Assembly: GCF_035084215.1 (NCBI RefSeq)
Contig: NC_090325.1
Location: 76,012,001 to 76,076,000, forward strand
Direction: 5' to 3'
Origin: Heptranchias perlo
Lineage: Eukaryota
Length of the DNA stretch: 64,000 nt
Positions 24,770 to 38,392 of the stretch are shown one piece after another (position 1 is the stretch's first letter; the number at the start of each line of letters is the position of its first letter). A program made the position numbers and the translations under genes. The notes under the pieces are model-generated. The model saw only the letters and a list, made by a program, of their open reading frames with translations. It made no database searches and was not told the DNA's origin.

Positions 24770-26712
24770 CAATGTTGCCAAAAAGAGTAATAAGCCTGAG
24801 GATTGGGAGGGTTTTAGAAATTAGCAAAGGATGGCCAAGGAATTGATAAAGTGGGAGTAAATTGATTATGAGAGTAAACTAGCAAGAAGTATAAAAACAG
24901 ATTGTAAGAGCTTCTACAAGGATATAAAGGAAGAGATTAGCAAAAGTAAATGTTTGCTAATAGAGGCAGAGACAGGAGAAATTATAATGGGGAATAAGGA
25001 AATGGCAGAGACGTTAAACAAATATTTTATATCTGACTTCACAGTAGAGGACACAAAAAATTCTGGAAATAGTGGGGAACCAAGGGTCTAATGAGAGGAA
25101 GGAACTTAAAGTAATTAAGATTAGTAAAGATAAAGTTTTAGAAAAATTAATGGGACTAAAAACCGACAAATCCCCCGGACCTGATGGCCTAAGTCCTAGG
25201 GTTTTAAAAGAGGTGGTGCAGAGATAGTGGATGCATTGGTTTTGATCTTCCAGAATTCCCTAGATTCTAGAATAGTCCCCGAAGATTGGAAGGTAGCAAA
25301 TGTAACCCCTCTATTCAAGAAAGGAGGGAGAGAGAGAACAGGGAACTATAGGCCAATTAGCCTGACGTCAGTAGTAAGAAAAATGCTAGAATCTATTACT
25401 AAGGACATAGTAACAGGGCACTTAGAAAATCATAATATGATTAAGCACAGTCAACACAGTTTTATGAAGGGGAAATCGTGTTTGATAAATCTATTAGAGT
25501 TTTTTGAGGGTGTAACTAGCAGGGTCGATAAGGGGGAACCAGTGGATGTAGTATATTTGGATTTTCAAAAGGCATTCGATAAGGTGCCACATAAGAGGTC
25601 ATTACACAAGATTAGGGATCATGGGATTGGGGGTAATATATTAGCATGGATTGAGGATTGGTTAACGGACAGAAAACAGAGTAGGAATAAAAGGGTCATT
25701 TTCGGGTTGGCAGGTTGTAACTAGTGGGGTGCTGCAGGGATCAGGGCCAGGGCCTCAGCTATTTACAATCTATATTAATGACTTAGATGAAGGGAGAGTG
25801 TAATGTATGCAAGTTGGCTGACAATACAAAGCTAGGTGCGAAAGTGAGCTGTGAGGAGGACGCAAAATGTCTGCAAAAGAAAACAACAGGTTAAGTGAGT
25901 GGGCAAGAAGTTGGCAGATGGGGTACAATGTGGGGAAATGTGAGGTTATTCACTTTGGTAGGAAAAATAGAAAAACAGAATATTTTTTAAATGGTGAGAA
26001 ACTATTAAATGTTGGTGTTCAGAGGGATTTGGGTGTCCTTGTACATGAAACACAGAAAGTTATCATGCGGTACAGCAAGTAATTAGGAAGGCAAATGACA
26101 TGTTGGCCTTTATTGCAAGGGGGTTGGAGTACAAGAGTGAGGAGGTCTTGCTGCAATTGTATAGGGCTTTGATGAGACACACTTGGAGTGCTGTGTGCAG
26201 TTTTGGTCTCCTTACCTAAGAAAGGATATACTTGCCTTAGAGGCAGTGCAACAAAGGTTCATTAGATTGATTCCTGGGATGAGTGCGTTGTCCTATGAGG
26301 AAAGATTGAGTAGAATGGCCCTATACTCTTTGGACTTTAGAAGAATGAGAGGTGATCCCATTGAAACATAAGATTCTAAGAGTGCTTGACAGGGTAGATG
26401 TTGAGAGGATGTTTCCCTGGCTGGAGAATCTAGAACTAGGGCACAGAGTCTCGGGATAAGGGGTCGGACATTTGGGTCAGAGATGAGGAGGAATTTCTTC
26501 ACTCATAGGGTTGTGAATCTTTGGAATTCTCGACCCCAGATGGCTGTCGATGCTCAGTCATTGAGTATGTTCAAGACTGAGATCGATAGATTTTTGGACT
26601 CTAAGGGAATCAAGAGATATGGGGAACGGGCGGGAAAGTGGAGTTGAGGTCAAAGATCTTATTGAACGGCGGAGCAGGCTCGAGGTGCCGTATGGCCTAC
26701 TCCTGCTTCTAT
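24770..26712 (+). mobile_element. CR1 LINE, ~1.9 kb 5'-truncated ORF2 pseudogene
   Basis: PEDWKVANVTPLFKKG, GNYRPISLTS and VVYLDFQKAFDKVPH motifs; 3' tail (tcttatg)n. Confidence 0.93.
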
Positions 26713-27879
26713 TTCTTATGTCTTATGTCTTCTGTATTAATGAGGCTCCCACTTGAGTCAGATGGGCGACTTAGCCGCCGGCAAAAACAGTGGCGTTAAT
26801 CCTGCTGCAGAGCGGGAATGGAACAGCAAATAGAGCCGCCTGATTTTATCTCCTATTCTGTCCGATTTCCGCCAGGCAGTTAAACTTCCCCCTATTATAC
26901 GTCCATTGTCACTTTCGGTCTAAGGTGCATTAGATGGCGAGGAACTGTTGGGGTAGCTCCCTGCCTGCTCATGTTACACCGTAACTAAACAGGAAAATTG
27001 GTCCTCTACGGTCATCCTCAGGCCATTGTGTCTATAGGTAGTAGGTCTTGTTCAGCCTATCACCTTTATCTGCCAAAATGGCTTACATGATGGTTATCTG
27101 TTCTTCAAAGGAACTCTGGGATATATCTTGACTTTGAGCAGTGGTGCACCATGGGTGATAGCGAGTTTTACATCTCTTTTGATTTTTCTTTCCATTGAAG
27201 TCTTTCAATATTTTTAATATGGCAATTTCAACATAGTATTGGGAATGGGAAAAGATGATAAAAAAAAATCATTTGAATGCAGATAAAGTGAAATATACAT
27301 CACTAATTCTGGGTCACCAGGATTACTCAAAATATTTTAGTTTTTTACTCATTTTGTTGAATGCATATTGTTTACAATGGGTTGGATTTTCCTCTGGGAA
27401 CCCACGAATTTCTACCACCGAATCCCTACCCCAAAAGGTGCTTTGGAGATTTTCCTCTGCCGCCACTGAAGATGGACTTCTTTGGCAGCCACATCCTCAC
27501 CCTGCTACATGCAAATGAAAGTGGGTGGTGGGGGAGGGGGACCGTGTCTTGTGATAGTAGGGGTGGGGCCTGGTTTGTTGCAGGGCCTCATTGCTCTCCC
27601 CTACCCCCATGGCTTACCTCATAAAAAGAGCCCCTCACAGGAATAGACACTGAGGCCTGGCCTGGCCAGACCTGAAGACCACAAAGAACCTAAAGCAAGC
27701 TGTAAGTAATTTTTTAAAAAGTATTTTTAAAGTATATATTTCAGATTCTTAAAAGTTTTTTTTAAATGTTTCTTTCAGTTTTTTTTAAAGCTTTTAAAGT
27801 ATTTTTAATTATATTTAATAATTTGAAAATATACCCCATAGCGAGGGTATAGGATATGCCATGAAGATGCCAGGGATGC

Positions 27880-28270
27880 AAAACTATAATTATGAGATGA
27901 GACTGGAAATACTCAGACTATTTCTACTGGAGCAGATAAGGATATGAGATTTAATAGAGGTTTTTAAAATTATTAAGTCTTTTCATGAAGTGAATAGAGA
28001 AAAACTACTTCCTCTGGTTGGGGCAATCAGTGATGATAGATCATCAATTTACAGTTATCACTAGAAGAGAGGTTAGGAAAAATGTATTTGCGCAGTGCAG
28101 CAGGGAATGGTTGAGGCAGAGACATCTTTTAAGAGAAAATTGGATAAATATTTGAAGCAGGGGAAGGTAAAAGGCTGTGGTGAGAGTGGGACATTGGAAA
28201 AGAGCCACCCCAGACACAGTGAGCCCAGTGGCCCCTTTCTGTGCTGTAAACTTCTATGGTTTTATTCAAT
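27880..28270 (+). mobile_element. Old CR1 3' fragment
   Basis: Diverged match to other CR1 3' ends, ending ...ctgtgctgtaaacttctatg. Confidence 0.6.
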
Positions 28271-28407
28271 GAAGGTGCACTGAGGAAAATTGGGTTGATT
28301 CTCGGCAGAGTTATATTGATGAATGGAAGTTCAGTTTTGGTGCTATTTTGGCAGCAAAGTAATTACTGAGGAAAATATAGCCTACCAATGAGCAGAAAAT
28401 TGGGTTT

Positions 28408-29760
28408 CAGCAAAGTGATGGAAGGTGTCGTCGACAGTGCTGTCAAGCAGCACTTACCAATAACCTGCTCACCGATGCTCAGTTTGGGTTCTGCCAGGAC
28501 CACTCGGCTCCAGACCTCGTTACAGCCTTGGTCCAAACATGGATAAAAGAGCTGAATTCCAGAGGTGAGGTGAGAGTGACTGCCCTTGACATCAAGGCAG
28601 CATTTGACAGAGTGTGGCACCAAGGAGCCCGAGTAAAATTGAAGTCAATGGGAATCAGGGGGAAAACTCTCCAGTGGCTGGAGTCATACCTAGCACGAAG
28701 GAAGATGGTAGAAGTTGTTGGAGGCCAAACATCTCAGCCTCAGGACATTGCTGCAGGAGTTCCTCAGGGCAGTGTCCTAGACCCAACCATCTTCAGGTGC
28801 TTCATCAATGACCTACCCTCCATCATAAGGTCAGAAATAGGGATGTTCGCTGATGATTGTACAGTGTTCAGTTCCATTCGCAACCCCTCAAATAATGAAG
28901 CAGTCCGAGCCCGCATGCAGCAAGACCTGGACAACATCCAGGCTTGGGATTATAAGTGGCAAGTAACATTCACACCAGGCAAGTGCCAGGCAGTGACCAT
29001 CTCCAACAAGAGAGAGTCTAACCACCTCCCCTTGACATTCAACGGCATTACCATCACCGAATCCCCAACCATCAACATCCTGAGAGTCACCATTGACGAG
29101 AAACTTAACTGGACCAGCCACATGAATACTATGGCTACAAGAGCAGGTCAGAGGCTGGGTATTCTGCGGCGAGTGACTCACCTCCTGACTCCCCAAAGCC
29201 TTTCCACCATCTCCAAGGTACAAGTCAGGAGTGTGATGGAATACTCTCCACTTCCCTGGATGAGTGCAGCTCCAACAACACTCAAGAAGCTTCGACACCA
29301 TCCAGGGCAAACCAGCCCGCTTGATTGGCATCCCATCCACCACCCTCAACATTCACTTCCTTCACCGCCGCTGCACAGTGGCTGCAGTGTGTACCATCCA
29401 CAGGATGCACTGCAGCAACTCTCCAAGGCTTCTTCGACAACACCTCCCAAACCCGCGACCTCTACCACCTAGAAGGACAAGAGCAGCAGGTACGTGGGAA
29501 CAACACCACCTGCACGTTCCCCTCCAAGTCACACACCATCCCGACTTGGAAATATATCGCCGTTCCTTCATCGTCGCTGGGTCAAAATCCTGGAACTCCC
29601 TTCCTAACAGCACTGTGGGAGAACCTTCATCACACGGACTGCAGCGGTTCAAGAAGGCGGCTCACCACCACCTTCTCAAGGGCAATTAGGGATGGGCAAT
29701 AAATGCTGGCCTCGCCAGCGACACCCACATCCCATGAATGAATAATAATTAAAAAAAAAT
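28408..29760 (+). mobile_element. Jockey-group (CR1/L2/Crack-like) LINE, RT plus 3' end with poly(A)
   Basis: ALDIKAAFDRVWH, GVPQGSVL and MFADD motifs in ORF 28528-29472; ends AHHHLLKGN*, then AATAAA and an A-tail. Confidence 0.9.
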
Positions 29761-31012
29761 AGGTTGTTCGTGTGAAAAAAATATAGGTGCAGACTTAATG
29801 GGGCAAATATTTCTGTGTTGTTATATTCTATGATTTTTTGAATGTCAAAGATTGGCAGTACAACCTGAGGACATAACCCAAATGCTGAAGCTCAGCAGTA
29901 TAGCCATTCAACTGTTAAAAATAAAAAAAAGTTCCATATTTATTATTTGGAAAAGTAACATTTATTACTGACTGTAACAAAACCAAGAGTGCCAATGGCA
30001 GAGAAAAACAGAAAATGTTAGAAATGTGAAATAAAAACAGAAAATGCTGGAAATACATTTACAGCATTTTTTTATTCCAGGGCCTCATGACCTAATAAAC
30101 TACTGAAGCTATTAGATTTACTGGTTTGTCCATGTTGACATTATGATTAGGCACCACAGAAATGATCAAAAATGTCTAAGATTGACAACCTATCAGTACA
30201 GTAATCATAAACACAATTCTAATGCTTTATCATTAGATGCAATAAGTAGCCTATTATAATTTGGGGGAGGTTTGGAGATTTTTTTTAAGCAGAGGATTTT
30301 TAGGACAGAATGTCTTACTGGAAACAGTGGTCAAAGCAGAATCCATTAATAGTTATTGAAAGGGAAATAGATAAATATTTGAAAAAGAAAAATGTTAAAG
30401 GGTGGGTATGGGGAAAGGGCAGGGGAATGGGATTAAGTGAATAGCCGTTTCAAAGAGCCACAACAGGCACAATTAGCCAAATGGCCACCTTCTGTGCTGC
30501 AAGAATTCAATGATTCCATAGTTACAAAGCAAGTTAAAGATATCTTGGACACAATACTACCCTTTATTTTTAATATTGTATAATTGACAAGCCAACTAAA
30601 TTGATTACCTTTGATTCTTTCTGCAATTACATTCACTGGACATTTGGGGTGACATTTCTCTGTTGATTGATATTAACTTTTTTAATTAAAATTATCTACA
30701 GGAGGAATTTCACCCCTTGGACTTGTGGGGTGACCTAACACTGAACACACTGGTACCGAGCTGTGGTTTGAGGACAAACTAGGCTCACTTAAGTATTTTT
30801 TCTCCAAAGTTTTATTTTTAAACTTTGCGAGTTGGGGAAGGCTACTAGATTTTTGATTAGGAATTGCACCTGGAAAACCATGGCTCAAGAAATAATATAA
30901 ACACTGTACTATTTTGAAGCTGAAGTAAATGCCAGACAAGTTAATCCGGCATTCTCATTTGACAGACTGCCTCTGCTAGGAAAATTAAACTTTTCACTTT
31001 TTTTTCCATCAG

Positions 31013-31101
31013 GAGACTACACTGTGAAATTTGATCTCATTGACTGGGATGGTGGAAAACGATACGCACAGTACAAAAGCTTCAAAGTTCAAAATGAACA
31101 G
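31013..31101 (+). CDS. FGL1: FGL1 coding exon 5 (GDYTVKFDLIDWDGGKRYAQYKSFKVQNEQ)
   Basis: Polypyrimidine tract plus catcag acceptor, donor CAG|GTGAGG; 89 nt, phase 1 to 0. Confidence 0.96.
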
Positions 31102-31311
31102 GTGAGGACTAGTAAGTGACTGGGATGTGCAAATTGACTGGTGTGTTTTTGCTCTTTTTTGGTTTTAATCTTTAATATTGTACCAGTTTACGTGGGCAAA
31201 CTGGAAGCATGATTTTAGATTGGGACTTGTTTCCCTGACGATCTTTTTATGGGCATTGAGAAGGAGCGTGTGCTGTTAAGTGATCTAAACAGCAGCCTTA
31301 TCAAAAATCTA

Positions 31312-31897
31312 TACGCTGAACTTTTATAAAACACTGGTTGGGCCCCAGCTGGAGTATTGTGGTCAATTCTGGGCACCACACTTTAGGAAGTATGTCAAGG
31401 CCTTAGAGAGGGTGCAGAAGAGATTTACTAGAATGGTACCAGGGATGAAAGACTTCAGTTCCGTGGAGAGACTGGAGAAACTGAGGTTGTTCTCCTTAGA
31501 GTAAAGAAGGTTTAAGGGAGATTTGTTAGAGGTGTTCAAAATCATGAAGGATTTTGATGGAGTCAATGAGAAACCATTTCCAGTGGCAGAAGGGTCAGTA
31601 ACCAGAGGACACAGATTTAAGGTAATTGGCAAAAGAACCAGAGGCAACATGAGGAAAAACATTTTTACGCAGCGAGTTGTTACGTTCTGGAATGCACTGC
31701 CTGAAAGGGTGGTGGAAGCAGATTCAACAATAACGTTCAAAATGGAATTAGATAAATACTTGAAGGGAAACATTTTTTTAGGGCTATGGGGCAAGCGCAG
31801 GGGAGTGGGACTAATTGGATAGCTCTTTCAAAGAGTCGGCACAGGCACGTTGGGCCGAATGGCCTCCTTCTGTGCTGTATCATTCTATAATTCTATC
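31312..31897 (+). mobile_element. CR1 3' fragment
   Basis: TRGHRFKVIGKR..RKNIFTQRVVTFWNALP. Confidence 0.9.
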
Positions 31898-32653
31898 AAT
31901 TTTGTGAATCCAAATGTATTGCCGGAGCTACTGGGTTATAGACAAAGTGACAAGAACAACTTGCATTTATGTAGTGCCTTTAATGTAGGAAACCTCGCTG
32001 CCAACTCAATTGCCCTACCTCCTGACAACCACTAACCTCCCTCCTGGCCTGATCGTACCCCTTCCTGATCCCCTTTAACCACTTGCCTGAGGAATGCAGT
32101 GACCCTATCTTTCATTCCCCTTCGTCGATGAGTTGCCTGGGGATGTCTACTCATTGTCCGCAATTCACTGGTGCAATTTAAATGAGGTCCAAAATCAGGT
32201 GAGCCTTGGGCCTACTCGTTCAGGTGCAGGGATTGATCTATGCACCCCGTTCGTGCCGGCCTGCAAACCCCATTCTTTCTTGGTCAGAAGATCAGGTTGA
32301 GAACCTGCAGCCAGACCTGTACCGATAGAACCCTATAACTTGATGCCACATGATGCATAAGAGCTGCCCTTCTTGACTCCCCTTTCGTCTGCTCACCCTT
32401 TAGTCCTTCGTTCTGAGAGCAGTATATCTGACAATCTAGGGCAGATCAAGAATTTGCCAACCACAGAATCCTGGGTCTGATACATAGTCCAACTGTCTGT
32501 GGCACTGCACATTGCAGTGTTTTCATATGGCAGTGGGTTGAGTTTGGGTTCGACTAGATTTGGTGCCATTCTTGCTCATGGAAATTGTTTTGGAGGAGCA
32601 GATTAATAAGAACAGACCAACCTCTGTTTCATTTGCTTCTTTTTCTTTCACAG

Positions 32654-32841
32654 AATTTATACCAGTTAAGCTTTGGTGCATATTCTGGAACTGCAGGAGA
32701 CTCACTGAGTGGTACTTATCACCCAGAGGTTGCGTGGTGGGCCAATCACAATAGCATGAAGTTCAGCACAAAGGACAGGGACAATGATCGCTATGAGGGC
32801 AACTGCGCAAAAGAAGATAACGCTGGATGGTGGTTTAACAG
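32654..32841 (+). CDS. FGL1: FGL1 coding exon 6 ([45 protein letters not shown]...GWWFNR)
   Basis: FGL1-characteristic HPEVxWWAxH insert; 188 nt, phase 0 to 2. Confidence 0.97.
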
Positions 32842-33424
32842 GTTTCTGAAAAATTAATTCTTTTTCTTGCAAAAGGACAATGGCCTATAGTTTATATTTT
32901 ATCGGTATTAGTGTTAGATTAGAATTTTCCAGGTTTTACAGCCGCTACTTTCTAAGAGGGTGATTTCCATCCATTACATCAGAGCACTCAACAATGTGCC
33001 ACATTGAAAGTTAATTTTGCTATAGACAAATACTGGAGCCAACCTAACCCAGACTTTATGTTTGGAGATGGGAGTTGAAAGTATGACTGTAAGCTGAAGG
33101 ATCATTCCTTCATTTTGCTCTCATGGCATAAACTGTGAAAAAGTAAATGTAATTATTCCCAGTGAATGATACTTGTGATATTCCACTGGGTGGTAGTGTC
33201 TGCAGTATTTAAGCCACTGGCAGAATTTAAGCTACTGCTTATTTTCCGGACTAACAACCCAGAGGTAATGGGGTAAAAATTCATCAGGGTCCGGTTTCGG
33301 GCCCAGAATCAGCTTTGCGCAGGCAACACGCACCCCAACCGAGAGATCTGATGTCAGCCCCAAATTGGGCCTCTGATCTCATTTCAATAATTTCGGTGAG
33401 CTGCTGGTACTCGTTGCGCCTCCT

Positions 33425-33955
33425 CCTCTAAGGAAGGATATACTTGCCTTAGAGGGGGTGCAACAAAGGTTCACTAGATTCATTTCTGGGATGAGAGGGT
33501 TGTCCTATGAGGAAAGGTTGAATCGAATGCGCCTATAATCTCTGGAGTTTAGAGGAACGAGGGGTGATCTCATTGAAACATATAAGGTTCTGAGGGGGCT
33601 TGACAGGATAGATGCTGAGAGGTTGTTTCCCCTGGCTGGAAAGTCGAGAACTACGGGGTATAGTCGCAGGATAAGGGGTCGGCCATTTAAGACTGAGATG
33701 AGGAGAAATTTCTTCACTCGGAGGGTTGTGAATCTTTGGAATTCTCTACCCCAGAGGTCTGTGGATGCTGAGTCGTTGAGTATATTCAAGGCTGAGATAG
33801 ATAGACTTTTGGACTCTAAGGGAATCAAGGGATATGGGGATTGGGCAGGAAAGTGGAGTTGAGGTTGAGGATCAACCATGATCTGATTGAATGGCGGAGC
33901 AGGCTTAATGGGCCATATGGCCTACCCCTGCTCCTATTTCTTATGTCTTATGTCA
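33425..33955 (+). mobile_element. CR1 3' fragment inside a non-autonomous DNA-transposon-like sequence (~33270-34450)
   Basis: RRNFFTRRVVNLWNSLP plus a (tcttatg)n tail. Confidence 0.88.
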
Positions 33956-34650
33956 CAGGCAGCTCGCCCATCGGTGAAAACAAATTTTGGGCCGCTCGCT
34001 TCACTGGCAGCGACACTCGGGTAAGTGCCAAGAGGAGAAAAGGGGTAGGACAGCAGGAGCAGGGCCGATTGTGACTGGCACCAGCTGTCAGGAGCACTTT
34101 GGAGCTGGGAGGAGCTTCTGCTCCCACTAGCTCCACATGAATTAAAACATTTTTTAACTTACCAGCAGTTGGTAAGATACATCGGGTCCTAGGTCACAAA
34201 TTTCCATTGGAATCTCTTTGGGGCAACCGCTTTGTCTGCCCTAAACATGGCCTATGGTTTTGGAGAGGTCAGGGATGCAGGGAAGGAAATTTCACACAAG
34301 AATTTCCTCAGCCCTGGTGTCTCTATTTCCGAGTACCCCGCATGCTGGGATAAACCCAGCATACAGACGTTCTCCCTGGTGAACATGGGGCCCAGCTGGA
34401 GGTCCTGGGATGGACAAAGTCATTTCTGGGCTATTCGTTTTTAAGGCTACACCAGAGATAGATTTCCCTACGTTACTCTGAAATACAAATTGTCTGCACT
34501 AACATTAGTCAGCAAAATAAAATCTGTTTGGTACAATCTTGCACTGTATTTACATATTCTTAATCTAAGTTGATTTTGTGAAATGGTCATTCATTATTTT
34601 TTAGTATTCCTGTTTCTTAAACAATTTGTATTTTTCTTTGATTTTTGTAG

Positions 34651-34813
34651 ATGTCACTCTGCTAACTTGAATGGGCATTATTACAATAATGGACCTTTCA
34701 CATCAAGGACAGATAATGGAATTGTTTGGTACACTTGGCATGGATGGTGGTATTCACTAAAATCCACAGTCATGAAGATCAGACCTTCTGAATTTGTACC
34801 AAGCACACAATGA
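34651..34813 (+). CDS. FGL1: FGL1 last coding exon (CHSANLNGHYYNNGPFTSRTDNGIVWYTWHGWWYSLKSTVMKIRPSEFVPSTQ*)
   Basis: Acceptor tttgtag; TDNGIVWYTWHGWWYSLKS matches recalled vertebrate FGL1; TGA at 34811-34813. Confidence 0.97.
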
Positions 34814-35799
34814 GTGTTCTAATCCTTCATGAAATTTGCCTCAATTTTTATTATTGTATACTATGCTTCCACTATGCAATACCTATTGCAGTATGTCGCC
34901 ATTGTATGGAATTCTATTCCCCTCACTTTACTGCACAATTGTACCTCTGTCATGTTTTGTGGCGTGAACATAATTGGTAACAAACAATGCAGTCCATTAG
35001 CTCTTCCTCATTAGCAGCTGTACATAATGTTTGAATTATATCACAAAGTGAAGGTGAGGGCACCTGACTCACTACCATGACTATTTGATTTGATTTTGAG
35101 GGCTGGCTAGTTTCAATGCCTAGATGCATGTTACATTACTCCGTAGCAGGATGCAAATGGTATATTGTCACAATTTATCTGATATATTTTTTCTCAAATG
35201 TATTTGCAAACAAAACAGTTTTGGTGCCATTTTGATATTTAAACCGGGGATGAATTTGTATTCAATACTTAGGTTGCTGTTATGCCATTATTGTACTGTG
35301 AAGATTGAGGAAATTCTAGCGTGTTACGCCGCTTATACACCGTTATTGCGCTAAACGCAAATTTCCTCAATCTTACATCCATCAAAGCCACTCAGGGCTC
35401 ATTTGCATAATTGCTATGTTAAAGTACATGAAAGTTTCCTGCCTCTAACCGATCCCCCGAGCACTTCAGACAAGTGTAAGTGAGGCATTGGTCAGCTGAT
35501 GAGGGCACCAACTTCACGTACATGATTACAGGCTTCCAAGTAAGTTTTTTTTAACCCCTTCCTTTACATTTTTAAATCACTGACTCCTGTACTTCATTTT
35601 ACTGTAGTGCTTTCCTCTTCTCCCAGAAAAAGATTTTGAGACCCCCCCCGACTTCCACCACTCCCAAACATTCCTCATGGGCATACATAGAAATACATAG
35701 AATCAACAGCACAGAAACTGGCCATTTGGCCCAACTTGTCTATGGCGGTTTATGCTCCATACGAGCCTCCTCCCACTCTAATTACCTCTTCCCACTCTA

Positions 35800-36500
35800 T
35801 GCCATCATAATGGAGGAGGAGTTGCAGCAGCAGCAGCATGTGGAAGCCAGGAGAATCAAGCAGCGTGGCTGAGGATATAAGCCCACTGAATATGACCCTC
35901 CCCAACATGTGTACAGGCCACACAGGTCATACGAGGACCACACCGAGGAACAGTGCATCCAACAGCAGTGCCTCTCCAAGGAAGCCATTGGGCATCTGTC
36001 AACTTCATCATGAAGATTTGCAGATTTGTTCCAGTGCAACAATTGCTTTGTCCATGGCAATCAAAGTGACAACAGCCCTTAATTTTTTGCCTCCAGATCC
36101 TTCCAAGCTGCCACAGGGGATCTGTGTAACATTAACCAAGAAGCTGTCAGGGCATGCATCTGGCAGGTGACAGACGGACCTCTTTTATAGAGCAGTCAAA
36201 TTCATCCACTTTGGCATCACCCTCATGAAGCAGAAACTGGATAGCTGGATTTCCCAGGCTGCAGGGTACCATGATGGCACATATGTAGTACTGAAGACAC
36301 CAACCGAGCAGCTGCTGATGTATGTGAATAGGAAAAGCGGTTCCATTCCCAGGATGTCAAGTTCATCAGTGATGAAAACCAAGCCGTGTCCTCACTCGCC
36401 ACTGCAGGGGGCATTGGAGGGCATATTCTGAAGGACAGCTTCAATGACTGATCGACCACAGTGGCAGCACCTCAACCACACATTCTGCTATGTACCCTAC
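35800..36500 (+). pseudogene. Degraded Harbinger transposase
   Basis: HVYRPHRSYEDHTEEQCI, IKVTTALNF and GSFQAATGDLCNINQ across frameshifts. Confidence 0.75.
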
Positions 36501-37434
36501 CAGATGACACCAAAAAGATCTTTTTGGTCCAGAAGGACCTTGCCAGGAATCCTCACTTGCGTGAAGATGTCCAAACCAGCTGAATGGTTTATTTCCTGAT
36601 TTATTATAATGTTCATAAATAACAAATCACGAGACAAGTGCCTCATGCATTTCAAAGCTCCATCTTCTTGCTACCTTCCCTTTCTCAAATCTTCCAGTCT
36701 GAGCAATGCTGGATGCAGGGCTAACGTATACTACTTCTGGGCATCGTTGACAGAGGAAAAAGAGTTGGCAGGCACCATTACATCGCTGCCATCTCATTTA
36801 CGTGAGTCGAGAGTGCTTGCGCCTGCTCCATGCACAAGCACACTACACCCCCCACCCAACATAGGGGGAATCCCAGGGAAATGCAAAGAGGATGGAGACC
36901 TAACATCATGGGTCTCCATCCTATTTTCCACTGCTTTGCACCTGACAACAGCATTTCCCAGGTGTAAAGTGGAGAAAAATCAGCACCAAAAGTCTTTTGA
37001 CCATGGCACATGAGAGTGTTGACAGAGATATGCTGAAAATAAGTGACAATTGTGTTCAATAATAACTATCTTTAAAAGAAAAATTCAGCTTAGATATAAC
37101 TTTCCATGATCTCAGCAGCTCAGGAACAATGGTTTGATCATCTTTATCTAGATTTCTTCTTTTAACCTTCAATCCTTTACTAACCTACTGTTTAGCCAGT
37201 TGTGTTTTTAAAATATTAATCGATAGAGCATTACATAGATGCCTTTTGGACATGTTCAATATAATTGAGGAAATACACTGTATTTAAGGAGTTATTAATG
37301 GTACTTCAGTAGCACAAGGTGTAGTATGGATCACAAAAACTCTTGCATGCAGCTGTCACATTTTTCCTTTATAGGTTATCACAACAATGTCTGTGGTTTT
37401 AACATTTCATGCACACACAAGGAAATGGATATAC

Positions 37435-37440
37435 AATAAA
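37435..37440 (+). terminator. FGL1: Candidate FGL1 polyadenylation signal
   Basis: First AATAAA I could find downstream of the stop (~2.6 kb), read by eye. An earlier non-canonical signal is possible. Confidence 0.3.
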
Positions 37441-37711
37441 AAATAAAAATCAAAAAATAATTCTGAGTGTGAAGATGGTTTTTAAAGAAGAATGCAATAA
37501 TTTGTCCTTGCTTACATTAGAAGGTTATGCTAAGGTTCAGATAAAAAAATATTTCAGGCAACAGCCAGGAAAATCCCAAATAAAGTTTTGGTCAAGTATT
37601 TTTTAAAAAAATCAGAGCAAACAAAAGAAACTTAAGGTGCTTCTTTGGATTGCATAGCACAGATATATATTGGATGCTTTGGAAGTCTGCAGAGTAATTG
37701 GAAGGAACAGG

Positions 37712-38392
37712 CTGCACAGATCCCTGAAGGTAACAGGACAGGTAGATGAGGTGGTTAAGAAGGCATATGGAATAGTTTCCTTTATTAGCCGAGGCACAGA
37801 ATACAAGAGCAGGGAGGTTATGCTGGAACTGTATAAAACACTAGTTAGGCCACAGCTTGAGCACTGTGTACAGTTCTGGTCACCACATTACAGGAAGGAT
37901 GTAATTGCACTAGAGAGGGTGCAGAGGAGATTTACGAGGATGTTGCCAGGACTGGAGAATTTTAGCTATGAGGTAAGATTGGATAGGCTGGGGTTGTTTT
38001 CTTTGGAACAGAGGAGGCTGAGGGGAGATTTAATTGAGGTGTACAAAATTATGAGGGGCCTAGATAGGGTGGATAGGAAGGACCTATTTCCCTTAGCAGA
38101 GAGGTCAATAACCAGGGGACATAGATTTAAAGTGATTGGTAGAAGGATTAGAGGGGAGCTGGGGAGAAATGTTTTCACCCAGAGGGGGTCTGGAACTCAC
38201 TGCCTGAGAGAATGGTAGAGGGAGAAACCCTCAACTCATTTAAAAAATACCTGGATGTGCACCTGAAGTGCTGGGACCTATAGGGCTATGGACCAAGTGC
38301 TGGAAAGTGGAATTAGGCTCATTTTTGGCCGGCGCGGACACGATGGGCCGAATGGTCTCCTGTGCCGTAAATTTTCTATGGATTCTATGATT
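37712..38392 (+). mobile_element. CR1 3' fragment
   Basis: LYKTLVRPQLEHCVQFWSP..LERVQRRFTRM..RRLRGDLIEVYKI. Confidence 0.92.
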
